Origin: Macrostomum lignano
Lineage: Eukaryota
Length of the DNA stretch: 64,000 bases
Direction: 5' to 3'
Assembly: GCA_002269645.1 (NCBI GenBank)
Contig: NIVC01000031.1
Coordinates: 558,001 to 622,000, forward strand
Positions 35,301-48,029 of this stretch are shown in pieces. Each line of letters begins with the position of its first letter. Within the stretch, counting starts at the first letter, position 1. A program made the translations under genes and the position numbers. The notes below the pieces were generated by a model. That model did not search any database. It saw only the letters and a list, made by a program, of their open reading frames with translations, and was not told the DNA's origin.

Positions 35301-36909
35301 TCATCTAGTCTCATCCTAGCAGTCTCATCTAGTCTCACTCTAGCAGTCTCATCTAGTCCCATCCTAGCAATCTCATCTAGTCTCACTCTAGCAGTCTCAT
35401 CTAGTCCCATCCTAGCAATCTCATCTAGTCTCACTCTAGCAATCTCATCTAGTCTCACTCTAGCAATCTCATCTAGTCTTACTTTAGCAATCTCATCTAG
35501 TCCCATCCTAGCAGTCTCATCTAGTCCCATCCTAGTAATCTCATGTAGTCTCATCTTAGAAAGCTCATCTAGTCTCACTCTAGCAGTCTCATCTAGTCTC
35601 ACTCTAGCAGTCTCATCTAGTCTCACTCTAGCAGTCTCATCTAGTCCCATCCTAGCAATCTCATCTAGTCTCACTCTACCGATCTCATCTAGTCCAATCC
35701 TAGCAATTTCATCTAGTCCCACTCTAGCAATCTCCTCTAGTCTCACTCTAGCAGTCTCATCTAGTCTTACTCTAGCAGTCTCATCTAGTCTCACTCTAGC
35801 AGTCTCATCTAGTCCCATCCTAGCAATTTCATCTAGTCTCATCCTAGCAATCTCATGTAGTCTCATCTTAGAAAGCTCATCTAGTCTCACTCTAGCAATC
35901 CCTTCTCATCTCTCTCTCGAGCAATCTCATCTAGTCTCATCGTAGCAGTCTCACTCTAGCAATCTCATCTAGTCTCATCCTAGCAGTCTCACTCTAGCAA
36001 TCTCATCTAGTCTCATCCTAGCAGTCTCTCTAGCAATCTCATCTAGTCTCATCCTAGCAGTCTCACTCTAGCAATCCCATCTAGTCTCATCCTAGCAGTC
36101 TCTCTAGCAATCTCATCTAGTCTCATCCTAGCAGTCTCTCTAGCAATCTCATCTAGTCTCATCCTAGCAGTCTCTCTAGCAATCTCATCTAGTCTCATCC
36201 TAGCAGTCTCTCTAGCAATCTCATCTAGTCTCATCGTAGCAGTCTCACTCTAGCAATCTCATCTAGTCTCATCCTAGCAGTCTCTCTAGCAATCTCATCT
36301 AGTCTCATCCTAGCAGTCTCTCTAGCAATCTCATCTAGTCTCATCGTAGCAGTCTCACTCTAGCAATCTCATCTAGTCTCATCCTAGCAGTCTCTCTAGC
36401 AATCTCATCTAGTCTCATCCTAGCAGTCTCTCTAGCAATCTCATCTAGTCTCATCCTAGCAGTCTCACTCTAGCAATAGCTATATACATTATAAGACGAA
36501 AAATCCCATTTTCCCCTCCCTGTGCCCTCCAAAAAAATCTCCCCAGGTATCGCACGACCAGTTCGTCACCGCCCTCACAGCCCAGTCTTTCCTACATAAC
36601 CGGCCAGTGAGAGCCTGCGTCACCCAGCTGCTGCACAGCTGCTTGGAATTCGCCGGCCTGTTGCGTAACTCTTTGGACAGTCAGAGGGTCGATTTAGACT
36701 CCCTGCTGCAGCGTATGACGGCTCTGGGTCAGGATTTTCACCGGCAAACCTGGCACCTGTTGGGCATGCTGACCGGGCTGCAGGCTCAGTCTACTACCTA
36801 TCTGAATCAGCTGTTGCTGAGATTGGATTTTAATCGCTTCTTCTCTACCGCTAAGCCGGCCGCTTTGATACCACTGCCGCCCCACCTGGGGCAGACTGAT
36901 GCCACCTAG
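29384..36909 (+). CDS. TUBGCP4: Gamma-tubulin complex component 4, ~655 aa
   Basis: Exons 29384-29935, 30896-31279, 33489-33880, 34992-35268 and 36547-36909 join in frame with GT-AG sites. MLHELLLALYGCPGS, KDFYLMGRGEFYLAFID, YCQVFRFLLTVKRVQ, VYYLQVDVIDSRF and QLLLRLDFNRFFS match GCP4. Confidence 0.95.
29980..30276 (-). mobile_element. tRNA-derived SINE, second family, in TUBGCP4 intron 1
   Basis: Minus-strand head GGCGGCCGCAGCCCAGTGGTCTAACGCG (A box) with degenerate B box GGCTTGATTCC. Its 3' part recurs at ~56615-56735. Confidence 0.65.
30446..30717. mobile_element. MITE family A, copy 2 (Tc1/mariner-type, TA target duplication)
   Basis: 24-bp TIRs with one mismatch; TA on both sides (30444-30445 and 30718-30719). 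Confidence 0.85.
31290..33465. repeat. ~32-bp minisatellite TCATGATTCTTCATAATTGCAACCGGTAGTTT filling TUBGCP4 intron 2
   Basis: Starts ~10 bp after the donor and ends ~20 bp before the acceptor. Confidence 0.95.
33905..34985. repeat. Two abutting 23-bp minisatellites in TUBGCP4 intron 3 (CCCTAAACTGTCATTGAATGTGA, then GAATCGCCCCAAACCAGCACTAA)
   Basis: First array ~33905-34040, second ~34065-34985; the last degenerate unit runs into the acceptor. Confidence 0.92.
35290..36478. repeat. 24-bp (then 33-36-bp) CTAG-rich minisatellite TCTCATCTAGTCTCACTCTAGCAG in TUBGCP4 intron 4
   Basis: Tandem copies visible; explains minus ORFs 35276-35890 and 36049-36234. Confidence 0.92.
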
Positions 36910-37009
36910 ATAGTAGCGATTGTGACTGTGTATGCTTTTGTGACTTTCCCGTTGCTGCTGATCTTGCTGGGTGCTATTTTTTATACTCATAGTTATGCCT
37001 ATATGTGCT

Positions 37010-37410
37010 TGTGATGCCCTGTCTCCCTGTCACTTCTGTCTCCCTCTCACCTCTGTCTCTCTCTCACCCCTGTCTCCCTCTCACCCCTGTCTCCCTCTCA
37101 CTTCTGTCTCTCTCTCACCCCTGTCTGCCTCTCACCTCTGTCTCCCTCTCACCCCTGTCTCTCTCTCACCCCTGTCTGCCTCTCACCTCTGTCTCCCTCT
37201 CACCCCTGTCTCCCTCTTACACCTGTCTCCCTCTCACCCCTGTCTCCCTCTTACACCTGTCTCCCGCTTACACCTGTCTCCCTCTCACCCCTGTCTGCCT
37301 CTATATCTTACCCCAGTCTCCCTCTACATCTTACCCCTGTCTCCCTTTACATCTTACCCCAGTCTCCCTCTACATCTTACCGTAATCTCCCTCTACATCT
37401 CACCAGTGTC
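37010..37410. repeat. Pyrimidine-rich repeat (CTCTCACCCCTGTCTCC-like) downstream of TUBGCP4
   Basis: Directly visible low-complexity tandem array. Confidence 0.85.
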
Positions 37411-37742
37411 TCCAAGATATAATTCTATATATTTTTAAACTTTCAGTACCATCTGTAATCGGATGCTAACCATCTACTTCTACAGTAAAAAATAAATTAT
37501 CTGTCTTAATAAAGTGAGTCGCTGGTAATCGACTGATATCTGTGTAATTATTTTTCTAAGGTAATTTTAGCTATCTAATTACACGTAAAACTATGAACAG
37601 CTGTGAGTTCATTTTTTGTTTTCTTTCGTCTGCATTTTGATGGCAGAACAAAATATAAGCGACAAATTTTATATAATTTTTTCTTAATAATTAATTTGTA
37701 ATTGCCTTGTTTGATATAGTACTGAGTAATTTTTAATGTATA

Positions 37743-39085
37743 CTTCGGCTGTCCGGAAAGTCGTGAGAATGTGTCAATTAAGTAAGAAAACAGCAAGCTG
37801 TTGAGGTGGCACACAGAAATTTTCAATAATAGACTCATATATGTCTATGGTGAAAATTCTTGTTACTCTAGTAGCAAAATTGGGGGCAGGAGCGAGCTCA
37901 GTATAAAGTGCTCAATAGCAAATGCAACGCGGTGATCAAGCTTGAAAATTTTGACAGCGAGTTCTTCAAAATGGAAGACTTCCAGGGTTATGCCTATGCT
38001 AGATACCGTCTTGGAATCTCCGCTCTCAGCTGCCATGACGAGCTGCTCAAAGTTTATGGAGATGCTGCTCCAGGTCAGTCAACGGTTTACAGATGGTATT
38101 CGAAGTTCCGTGACGAAGCATTTCCCCCGGTCTCAGCTCCTCGGACTGGCCGGCCACGGTCAACAAGGACAGCGGAACTGATCGAAAACTGCCGAGCTCT
38201 TGTTGAAGAGGATTCAAAAGTTAGTGTCCGAGACCTCGCTGACTTTTTGGAAGTTGGAAAACAACAGTGCACGAAATTTTGACTGAGGATTTGCACCTTC
38301 GAAACGTTTCTGCCGTCTGGGTTCCGCATGCTCTATCCAAGGAGAACAAGACTGCTCGCATCAATTGTGCCAAGCAAATTCGCAGGCTTTTACAACGAGG
38401 GCATGGAAAACTTTTGCGACAAGTACGTGGTGGAGGATGAGACATGGGTGTACCTGAACAACACTGGCACAAAGCAAAACAACAGGTGCTGGCTTGGCCA
38501 AGGGGATCATCGGCCCCAGGTTGTCAGGCACTCGGTCGGGAATCCAAAGACAATGCTTCTGGTTGCTTTTACTCCAAACAAGCGCTTCTCCATTGAATCC
38601 ACAGCCTCAAAGCAAACTGTTTATGCAAATGGCATAGTTGAGTTCATTCGGCACACCGGAGACCTATGGCGTACTCTCAGGTCAAGGCCAATTCATCTGT
38701 CGGATGTTCTTTGGCAGTGGGACAATACGCGACCTCATGTGGCTCGCTCTGTGCAGCAGTACATGGAGTTCAGCTGGTGTTTCAGAGTCCTTACAGCCCA
38801 GACTTCAATTTGTGCGACCATTTTTTGTTCATTTGGATGAAGACTGATTTCTCCAGGCGAGTGTTCAGCGACCACAATGAAGTTCGAGAAGCTGCGTTGC
38901 AATGGGCAAGAGGCCTTGACGAAGATTGCTTGAAAAGAGAGGTTCAGCGACTCGTTGACCATTGCCAAGCTGTAATCAACGCAAGAGGAGATTACATTAC
39001 CAACTAGTACAGTTATGGTGTTTTCTGATAGTTCTGACTGGTTTTTAAAATACATTCTCACGACTTTCGATCCGGACAGCCGAAG
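37743..39085 (+). mobile_element. Full-length but frameshifted mariner (DD34D-type) transposon
   Basis: ~30-bp TIRs CTTCGGCTGTCCGG(ATCG)AAAGTCGTGAGAATGT with TA at 37741-37742 and 39086-39087. Transposase from ATG 37971 with GRPR, WVPHAL, VVEDETW, WDNTRPH and YSPDFNLCD motifs spread over several frames. Confidence 0.93.
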
Positions 39086-39118
39086 TATTAATTCTTAAAA
39101 ACTAAACACATGCAGACA

Positions 39119-39129
39119 AGGTGTGTGTG

Positions 39130-39178
<49 letters not shown>
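39119..39178. repeat. (GT)n microsatellite
   Basis: Directly visible. Confidence 0.95.
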
Positions 39179-39182
<4 letters not shown>

Positions 39183-39881
39183 GCACGGGGCATTTGTTGG
39201 GCCATACGCGTACAACGGGACCCGCACTGTTGGGCCAAAAAAAATGTTGGGACTGTCCCATCAAGTCCGTCCAACACTTCCAAAAAACTTACAATAGCAG
39301 CTCAAAAAAATACTCTATGGATTCAGCTCGACAGCCTCTTTTTGATGGTGCAACTCATTTTTAATAATTTTACTTGCTGTGTCAATAAATAAGCAAAAAC
39401 TGGCGTCCCAATAAGGAAAAATGATACAAAATTCGACCAAATCACTATTGGGACACTGAAATGGCTAATCTGCTCCCGCATATTTTTATTGGTTTTTTCT
39501 CATATTTTTACTAATAGTAGATTTCAAGCGCATTCATTTGCTGCAGTCTTTGTTTCAAGACGTAAATACATAGCATACATTAAAATACATACAAAGCAAA
39601 GCATAGCAAAACACTTTTAAGGGTATTTTATTGTCAAAGGATGGTTCTGGATGGAGATAAACCTAAAGAAATGACAAGGGCTTACATGTACTTCTGACTG
39701 TGATGGGCATCAGTACTCTACACGAACTAAATTGTTAGGACAGTGTTGCAGTGTTGAAAACAACAGCCCACTCTTGTTAGGACTCATGCTATTGACTGCT
39801 GCGCGCATTCGATATTCTATAAATTGTTGGGACTGTGTGCTAGAGTGTCGTTTACAAAAGCCCACTCATATTAGGACTTAC

Positions 39882-42800
39882 CCCATACATGTTAGGACTA
39901 AGCCCTACCCCCTGTGTACATGGCTCCAATTTACCAGAGTCCCCTTGCTAGTTAGGTGTACATTTATTTTGGTCTATTATTGACGCCACCCCGCAAACGT
40001 ACGGTAAACAAAATTGGCATGTACTCGCCATGCTGAAATCAATGGTCAACTCTGCCTCTGCCATGGCACCCGAGTCACCATGGTATGGAAAGAACAGCAT
40101 GGAATGGCACAGCGATAAACATGTAAGTGGTATTAAAAAACTTTGTCGGAAACAAGAAGCATTTATATTTAAATGCTATAAAAAATACTGCTCCTGCTAA
40201 GCAGTACCTACCTTTACTTCAGGTATATCACCTTTGATCAACTGCCATGTGGCGCAATTGCCAAAGGATCCGTCGACTTTAACCGGTAAGCTGTAAAAGC
40301 TTTGAGTAAAACTTGACATTTCGTCTGAATCCATTGACATTCAATAGCCTACGTGTCCAACCACAAAAATTATAAGTTTTGTACTTTTAACTCTCAGATC
40401 GGGTCTTAGCAGATTCTATAGCTATGCATGCAAGGGCCCCTCAGAAGAGATGCTTAAACACTGCAGTGCATTTTTCCTAGCAATTATTGGGACACGAAGT
40501 GTTGGGCCACTGTGTGTGTGTCTAGTTTTTTCCGCATTTGTTTGGTCACCTAAAGAACTCAATTAATAAAGGGCTCCAGAACAAATTGATGGGCAAACGG
40601 ATGACACACTGCACAGAGACTTGTTGGGACATATTAAAAACAGCTTATTTTAGAATGGGTACACTTTACTAAAGTAGAATGCTCCTACAGAAAGCTGCAA
40701 GCAAACTAGCATCTTCTGGAGCTGACATGCAGAGAAGAATGATTTTGTCGTCCTTAAATCACTAAACAGATATGCGAAATCGATCTTTTGCTAATCCCAC
40801 CACAGGTTCCAGTGAAAAGAAGAAACGAAACCCATTGACTAAATTGGCAGTCGACTCAATCGATGCCGACTGCAACTGACCTGTCAGCTTCGAACTCAGG
40901 AGAGCAGCTAATAGTCTACGAGAGTAATGCTAGATGCCAGAATGCTTCACAGCATCAAAGTCTTAAGCAGAAGCTTCAATGAAAGGTTAGTTCATGCTGT
41001 GGCTGCATTCGTTTTCGTGTCTAGAAGCGTTATAACTTTTTGTACTTTTAACTCTCAGATCGGGTCTTAGCAGATTCTATAGCTATGCATGCAAGGGCCC
41101 CTCAGAAGAGATGCTTAAACACTGCAGTGCATTTTTCCTAGCAATTATTGGGACACGAAGTGTTGGGCCACTGTGTGTGTGTCTAGTTTTTTCCGCATTT
41201 GTTAAGTCACCTAAAGAACTCAATTAATAAAGGGCTCCAGAACAAATTGATGGGCAAACGGATGACACACTGCACAGAGACTTGTTGGGACATATTAAAA
41301 ACAGCTTATTTTAGAATGGGTACACTTTACTAAAGTAGAATGCTCCTACAGAAAGCTGCAAGCAAACTAGCATCTTCTGGAGCTGACATGCAGAGAAGAA
41401 TGATTTTGTCGTCCTTGAAATCACTAAACAGATATGCGAAATCGATCTTTTGCTAATCCCACCACAGGTTCCAGTGAAAAGAAGAAACGAAACCCATTGA
41501 CTAAATTGGCAGTCGACTCAATCGATGCCGACTGCAACTGACCTGTCAGCTTCGAACTCAGGAGAGCAGCTAATAGTCTACGAGAGTAATGCTAGATGCC
41601 AGAATGCTTCACAGCATCAAAGTCTTAAGCAGAAGCTTCAATGAAAGGTTAGTTCATGCTGTGGCTGCATTCGTTTTCGTGTCTAGAAGCGTTATAACTT
41701 TTTGTACTTTTAACTCTCAGATCGGGTCTTAGCAGATTCTATAGCTATGCATGCAAGGGCCCCTCAGAGGAGATGCTTAAACACTGCAGTGCATTTTTCC
41801 TAGCAATTATTGGGACACGAAGTGTTGGGCCACTGTGTGTGTGTCTAGTTTTTTCCGCATTTGTTAAGTCACCTAAAGAACTCAATTAATAAAGGGCTCC
41901 AGAACAAATTGATGGGCAAACGGATGACACACTGCACAGAGACTTGTTGGGACATATTAAAAACAGCTTATTTTAGAATGGGTACACTTTACTAAAGTAG
42001 AATGCTCCTACAGAAAGCTGCAAGCAAACTAGCATCTTCTGGAGCTGACATGCAGAGAAGAATGATTTTGTCGTCCTTGAAATCACTAAATCGATATGCG
42101 AAATCGATCTTTTGCTAATCCCACCACAGGTTCCAGTGAAAAGAAGAAACGAAACCCATTGACTAAATTGGCAGTCGACTCAATCGATGCCGACTGCAAC
42201 TGACCTGTCAGCTTCGAACTCAGGAGAGCAGCTAATAGTCTACGAGAGTAATGCTAGATGCCAGAATGCTTCACAGCATCAAAGTCTTAAGCAGAAGCTT
42301 CAATGAAAGGTTAGTTCATGCTGTGGCTGCATTCGTTTTCGTGTCTAGAAGCGTTATAACTTTTTGTACTTTTAACTCTCAGATCGGGTCTTAGCAGATT
42401 CTATAGCTATGCATGCAAGGGCCCCTCAGAGGAGATGCTTAAACACTGCAGTGCATTTTTCCTAGCAATTATTGGGACACGAAGTGTTGGCCACTGTGTG
42501 TGTGTCTAGTTTTTTCCGCATTTGTTAAGTCACCTAAAGAACTCAATTAATAAAGGGCTCCAGAACAAATTGATGGGCAAACGGATGACACACTGCACAG
42601 AGACTTGTTGGGACATATTAAAAACAGCTTATTTTAGAATGGGTACACTTTACTAAAGTAGAATGCTCCTACAGAAAGCTGCAAGCAAACTAGCATCTTC
42701 TGGAGCTGACATGCAGAGAAGAATGATTTTGTCGTCCTTAAATCACTAAATCGATATGCGAAATCGATCTTTTGCTAATCCCACCACAGGTTCCAGTGAA

Positions 42801-45800
42801 AAGAAGAAACGAAACCCATTGACTAAATTGGCAGTCGACTCAATCGATGCCGACTGCAACTGACCTGTCAGCTTCGAACTCAGGAGAGCAGCTAATAGTC
42901 TACGAGAGTAATGCTAGATGCCAGAATGCTTCACAGCATCAAAGTCTTAAGCAGAAGCTTCAATGAAAGGTTAGTTCATGCTGTGGCTGCATTCGTTTTC
43001 GTGTCTAGAAGCGTTATAACTTTTTGTACTTTTAACTCTCAGATCGGGTCTTAGCAGATTCTATAGCTATGCATGCAAGGGCCCCTCAGAGAGATGCTTA
43101 AACACTGCAGTGCATTTTTCCTAGCAATTATTGGGACACGAAGTGTTGGGCCACTGTGTGTGTGTCTAGTTTTTTCCGCATTTGTTAAGTCACCTAAAGA
43201 ACTCAATTAATAAAGGGCTCCAGAACAAATTGATGGGCAAACGGATGACACACTGCACAGAGACTTGTTGGGACATATTAAAAACAGCTTATTTTAGAAT
43301 GGGTACACTTTACTAAAGTAGAATGCTCCTACAGAAAGCTGCAAGCAAACTAGCATCTTCTGGAGCTGACATGCAGAGAAGAATGATTTTGTCGTCCTTA
43401 AATCACTAAACAGATATGCGAAATCGATCTTTTGCTAATCCCACCACAGGTTCCAGTGAAAAGAAGAAACGAAACCCATTGACTAAATTGGCAGTCGACT
43501 CAATCGATGCCGACTGCAACTGACCTGTCAGCTTCGAACTCAGGAGAGCAGCTAATAGTCTACGAGAGTAATGCTAGATGCCAGAATGCTTCACAGCATC
43601 AAAGTCTTAAGCAGAAGCTTCAATGAAAGGTTAGTTCATGCTGTGGCTGCATTCGTTTTCGTGTCTAGAAGCGTTATAACTTTTTGTACTTTTAACTCTC
43701 AGATCGGGTCTTAGCAGATTCTATAGCTATGCATGCAAGGGCCCCTCAGAGGAGATGCTTAAACACTGCAGTGCATTTTTCCTAGCAATTATTGGGACAC
43801 GAAGTGTTGGGCCACTGTGTGTGTGTCTAGTTTTTTCCGCATTTGTTAAGTCACCTAAAGAACTCAATTAATAAAGGGCTCCAGAACAAATTGATGGGCA
43901 AACGGATGACACACTGCACAGAGACTTGTTGGGACATATTAAAAACAGCTTATTTTAGAATGGGTACACTTTACTAAAGTAGAATGCTCCTACAGAAAGC
44001 TGCAAGCAAACTAGCATCTTCTGGAGCTGACATGCAGAGAAGAATGATTTTGTCGTCCTTAAATCACTAAACAGATATGCGAAATCGATCTTTTGCTAAT
44101 CCCACCACAGGTTCCAGTGAAAAGAAGAAACAAACCCATTGACTAAATTGGCAGTCGACTCAATCGATGCCGACTGCAACTGACCTGTCAGCTTCGAACT
44201 CAGGAGAGCAGCTAATAGTCTACGAGAGTAATGCTAGATGCCAGAATGCTTCACAGCATCAAAGTCTTAAGCAGAAGCTTCAATGAAAGGTTAGTTCATG
44301 CTGTGGCTGCATTCGTTTTCGTGTCTAGAAGCGTTATAACTTTTTGTACTTTTAACTCTCAGATCGGGTCTTAGCAGATTCTATAGCTATGCATGCAAGG
44401 GCCCCTCAGAGGAGATGCTTAAACACTGCAGTGCATTTTTCCTAGCAATTATTGGGACACGAAGTGTTGGGCCACTGTGTGTGTGTCTAGTTTTTTCCGC
44501 ATTTGTTAAGTCACCTAAAGAACTCAATTAATAAAGGGCTCCAGAACAAATTGATGGGCAAACGGATGACACACTGCACAGAGACTTGTTGGGACATATT
44601 AAAAACAGCTTATTTTAGAATGGGTACACTTTACTAAAGTAGAATGCTCCTACAGAAAGCTGCAAGCAAACTAGCATCTTCTGGAGCTGACATGCAGAGA
44701 AGAATGATTTTGTCGTCCTTAAAATCACTAAATCGATATGCGAAATCGATCTTTTGCTAATCCCACCACAGGTTCCAGTGAAAAGAAGAAACGAAACCCA
44801 TTGACTAAATTGGCAGTCGACTCAATCGATGCCGACTGCAACTGACCTGTCAGCTTCGAACTCAGGAGAGCAGCTAATAGTCTACAAGAGTAATGCTAGA
44901 TGCCAGAATGCTTCACAGCATCAAAGTCTTAAGCAGAAGCTTCAATGAAAGGTTAGTTCATGCTGTGGCTGCATTCGTTTTCGTGTCTAGAAGCGTTATA
45001 ACTTTTTGTACTTTTAACTCTCAGATCGGGTCTTAGCAGATTCTATAGCTATGCATGCAAGGGCCCCTCAGAAGAGATGCTTAAACACTGCAGTGCATTT
45101 TTCCTAGCAATTATTGGGACACGAAGTGTTGGGCCACTGTGTGTGTGTCTAGTTTTTTCCGCATTTGTTAAGTCACCTAAAGAACTCAATTAATAAAGGG
45201 CTCCAGAACAAATTGATGGGCAAACGGATGACACACTGCACAGAGACTTGTTGGGACATATTAAAAACAGCTTATTTTAGAATGGGTACACTTTACTAAA
45301 GTAGAATGCTCCTACAGAAAGCTGCAAGCAAACTAGCATCTTCTGGAGCTGACATGCAGAGAAGAATGATTTTGTCGTCCTTGAAATCACTAAACAGATA
45401 TGCGAAATCGATCTTTTGCTAATCCCACCACAGGTTCCAGTGAAAAGAAGAAACGAAACCCATTGACTAAATTGGCAGTCGACTCAATCGATGCCGACTG
45501 CAACTGACCTGTCAGCTTCGAACTCAGGAGAGCAGCTAATAGTCTACGAGAGTAATGCTAGATGCCAGAATGCTTCACAGCATCAAAGTCTTAAGCAGAA
45601 GCTTCAATGAAAGGTTAGTTCATGCTGTGGCTGCATTCGTTTTCGTGTCTAGAAGCGTTATAACTTTTTGTACTTTTAACTCTCAGATCGGGTCTTAGCA
45701 GATTCTATAGCTATGCATGCAAGGGCCCCTCAGAAGAGATGCTTAAACACTGCAGTGCATTTTTCCTAGCAATTATTGGGACACGAAGTGTTGGGCCACT

Positions 45801-46252
45801 GTGTGTGTGTCTAGTTTTTTCCGCATTTGTTAAGTCACCTAAAGAACTCAATTAATAAAGGGCTCCAGAACAAATTGATGGGCAAACGGATGACACACTG
45901 CACAGAGACTTGTTGGGACATATTAAAAACAGCTTATTTTAGAATGGGTACACTTTACTAAAGTAGAATGCTCCTACAGAAAGCTGCAAGCAAACTAGCA
46001 TCTTCTGGAGCTGACATGCAGAGAAGAATGATTTTGTCGTCCTTAAAATCACTAAATCGATATGCGAAATCGATCTTTTGCTAATCCCACCACAGGTTCC
46101 AGTGAAAAGAAGAAACGAAACCCATTGACTAAATTGGCAGTCGACTCAATCGATGCCGACTGCAACTGACCTGTCAGCTTCGAACTCAGGAGAGCAGCTA
46201 ATAGTCTACGAGCGTAATGCTGGATGCCAGAGTGCTCTAAATAACGAGACTC
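39882..46252 (-). pseudogene. Multi-exon minus-strand pseudogene of an unidentified protein, interrupted by the 661-bp array
   Basis: Exon-like segments bounded by AG/GT: 46171-46252 (ESRYLEHSGIQHYARRLLAALLSSKLT), 40212-40290 (LPVKVDGSFGNCATWQLIKGDIPEVK) and 39882-40140. The last is in frame with the 40212-40290 segment, strongly NNC-biased, with 7 stops and no indel. Confidence 0.55.
40370..46236. repeat. Tandem array of ~661-bp unit, ~8.9 copies, near-identical internally
   Basis: Marker GTACTTTTAACTCTCAGATC recurs at ~40381, 41042, 41703, 42366, 43026, 43686, 44346, 45008 and 45670. Confidence 0.97.
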
Positions 46253-47069
46253 CTGTTTTCTCACTCGACCGGAATTTGTTGTTTAATCTGCTTAACTAAT
46301 CTCTGCGTTTCAGTTTTCAGTTTCACTGTCAATTTTAGGTTTTATTCTAAGCGCAAGTGTAATTGAATTTTTTATTCATATTAGTCAGGCATATTGCGTA
46401 CAGCATTAGTAAAGGTAAAGGTAAATAGACTGCTTGTAACTAGTTTTTCCTTCATGTGGATTGGCTTTAACGAAGCCTTTTGTATTTCAAGTAATGCTGA
46501 ATTCGCTGGACTGAGGACAATATAGTTACACGATGATATGCTATTCCTTCACTTTCAATAGATCATACTATTAGTATGGGACGTGCTTTTTTATTTCAAT
46601 GTATGCTTTTTTTCATCATTTAAATGCTAAAAATACTTAATAGGTCATTGCACTGTGTGCATGTGTGTGTTTTCGTGTGTCAAAAAAAATTGCAAAATAA
46701 GTGCCCACCATTGTATACCGTACCAACAAGTGCCCGGTGCGTGATTGTGTGTGTGTGTGTGTGTGTGTGTGTTTGTTTGTATTATCAGCTATGAATGAAT
46801 GTACATGTATTTATGTATATGTTATCTCAACTTTTCAAGGCCTAGATAGATAGGCAGACGAGCAGGCACAGCTGGTTAGAGATTTATCAACTTGTCGAAT
46901 AATAGGTAAAACTATTATAATTGACTACCTGTGACTTGCAAATGCGAAAGCAGCAAATGGAAGATAAGAATTGCTGGTCGCTGAGTGAGACGGGGAGACC
47001 TAGACAGGTGATCTGGAGTTCTAGCCTGAGATTCTCTATTTTGCTATTTGCTATTAAAATATTAATTGG

Positions 47070-47545
47070 CATCTCAGCAGCGATTCCCCCCATTGAGCCG
47101 ATTGGCATCTCAGCAATTCTCTAATTGAGCCAATTGGCTTCTCAGCAATTCTCTAATTGAGCCAATTGGCATCTCAGCAATTCCCTAATTGAGCCGATTG
47201 GCATCTCAGCAATTCCCCCCACTGAGCCAATTGGCATCTCAGCAATTCCCCGGGCATTGAGCCGATTGGCATCTCAGCAATTCCCCGGGCATTGAGCCGA
47301 TTGGCATCTCAGCAATTCCCCGGGCATTGAGCCGATTGGCATCTCAGCAATTCCCCGGGCATTGAGCCGATTGGCATCTCAGCAATTCCCCGGGCATTGA
47401 GCCGATTGGCATCTCAGCAATTCCCCGGGCATTGAGCCGATTGGCATCTCAGCAATTCCCTAATTGAGCCAATTGGCATCTCAGCAATTCCCTAATTGAG
47501 CCAATTGGCATCTCAGCAATTCCCTAATTGAGCCTTGGCATCACA
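47070..47545. repeat. 32-35-bp minisatellite GAGCCGATTGGCATCTCAGCAATTCCCCGGGCATT
   Basis: Tandem copies visible. Confidence 0.9.
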
Positions 47546-48029
47546 GCAACTATTATAAACAATCCATTTTATGTGTAGTTTGGAAAGATTTTCATTGGCC
47601 CTGAAAAAAAGTTAAAAAGAAATGACAACCCAATCCAGATCTCTTACTTTCGGCGTCCCTGGTCTTCCTGCGACCTTTTGAACTAGTTTTATATATATTG
47701 TTGGTATTAAAACTGCACGATCTTGTACACAATTTTGCTGATAAGGCAGTTTGTCAGTGCTACCATATAGCTAGATTCCATTTCGATTTGGCACTTAAAA
47801 TACTCAACAGTCATTGCGAGGAACTGAAGCAAGGTAAGAGCCAAATTTTGCGTTTTTGGTCTGCTTTTCAGACTCTTAATTAAGGCCGCTGAGAATAAGA
47901 TGAAAATGCTACAGAATTGTGGAATTCTCTTCGAAAGTATCGTGTTTCACAAAAAGTGTTCGATTTTTTAGCAAAAAAGAATTGATTAGTAGGGCAGGGT
48001 TTCCAATTCAGATGATGGCGCCTCAGGGA

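Noticed and set aside
8776-40140. Alternative genetic code (TAA/TAG = Gln) to explain stop-rich ghost exons
   Set aside because: Intact genes in the window terminate at TAA/TAG/TGA and contain no internal TAR codons.
39960-40290. RtcB-like motifs (PVKVDGSFG ... GCHGRGR) in the pseudogene
   Set aside because: Spacing between the motifs and the downstream sequence do not fit RtcB; treated as coincidence pending a search.
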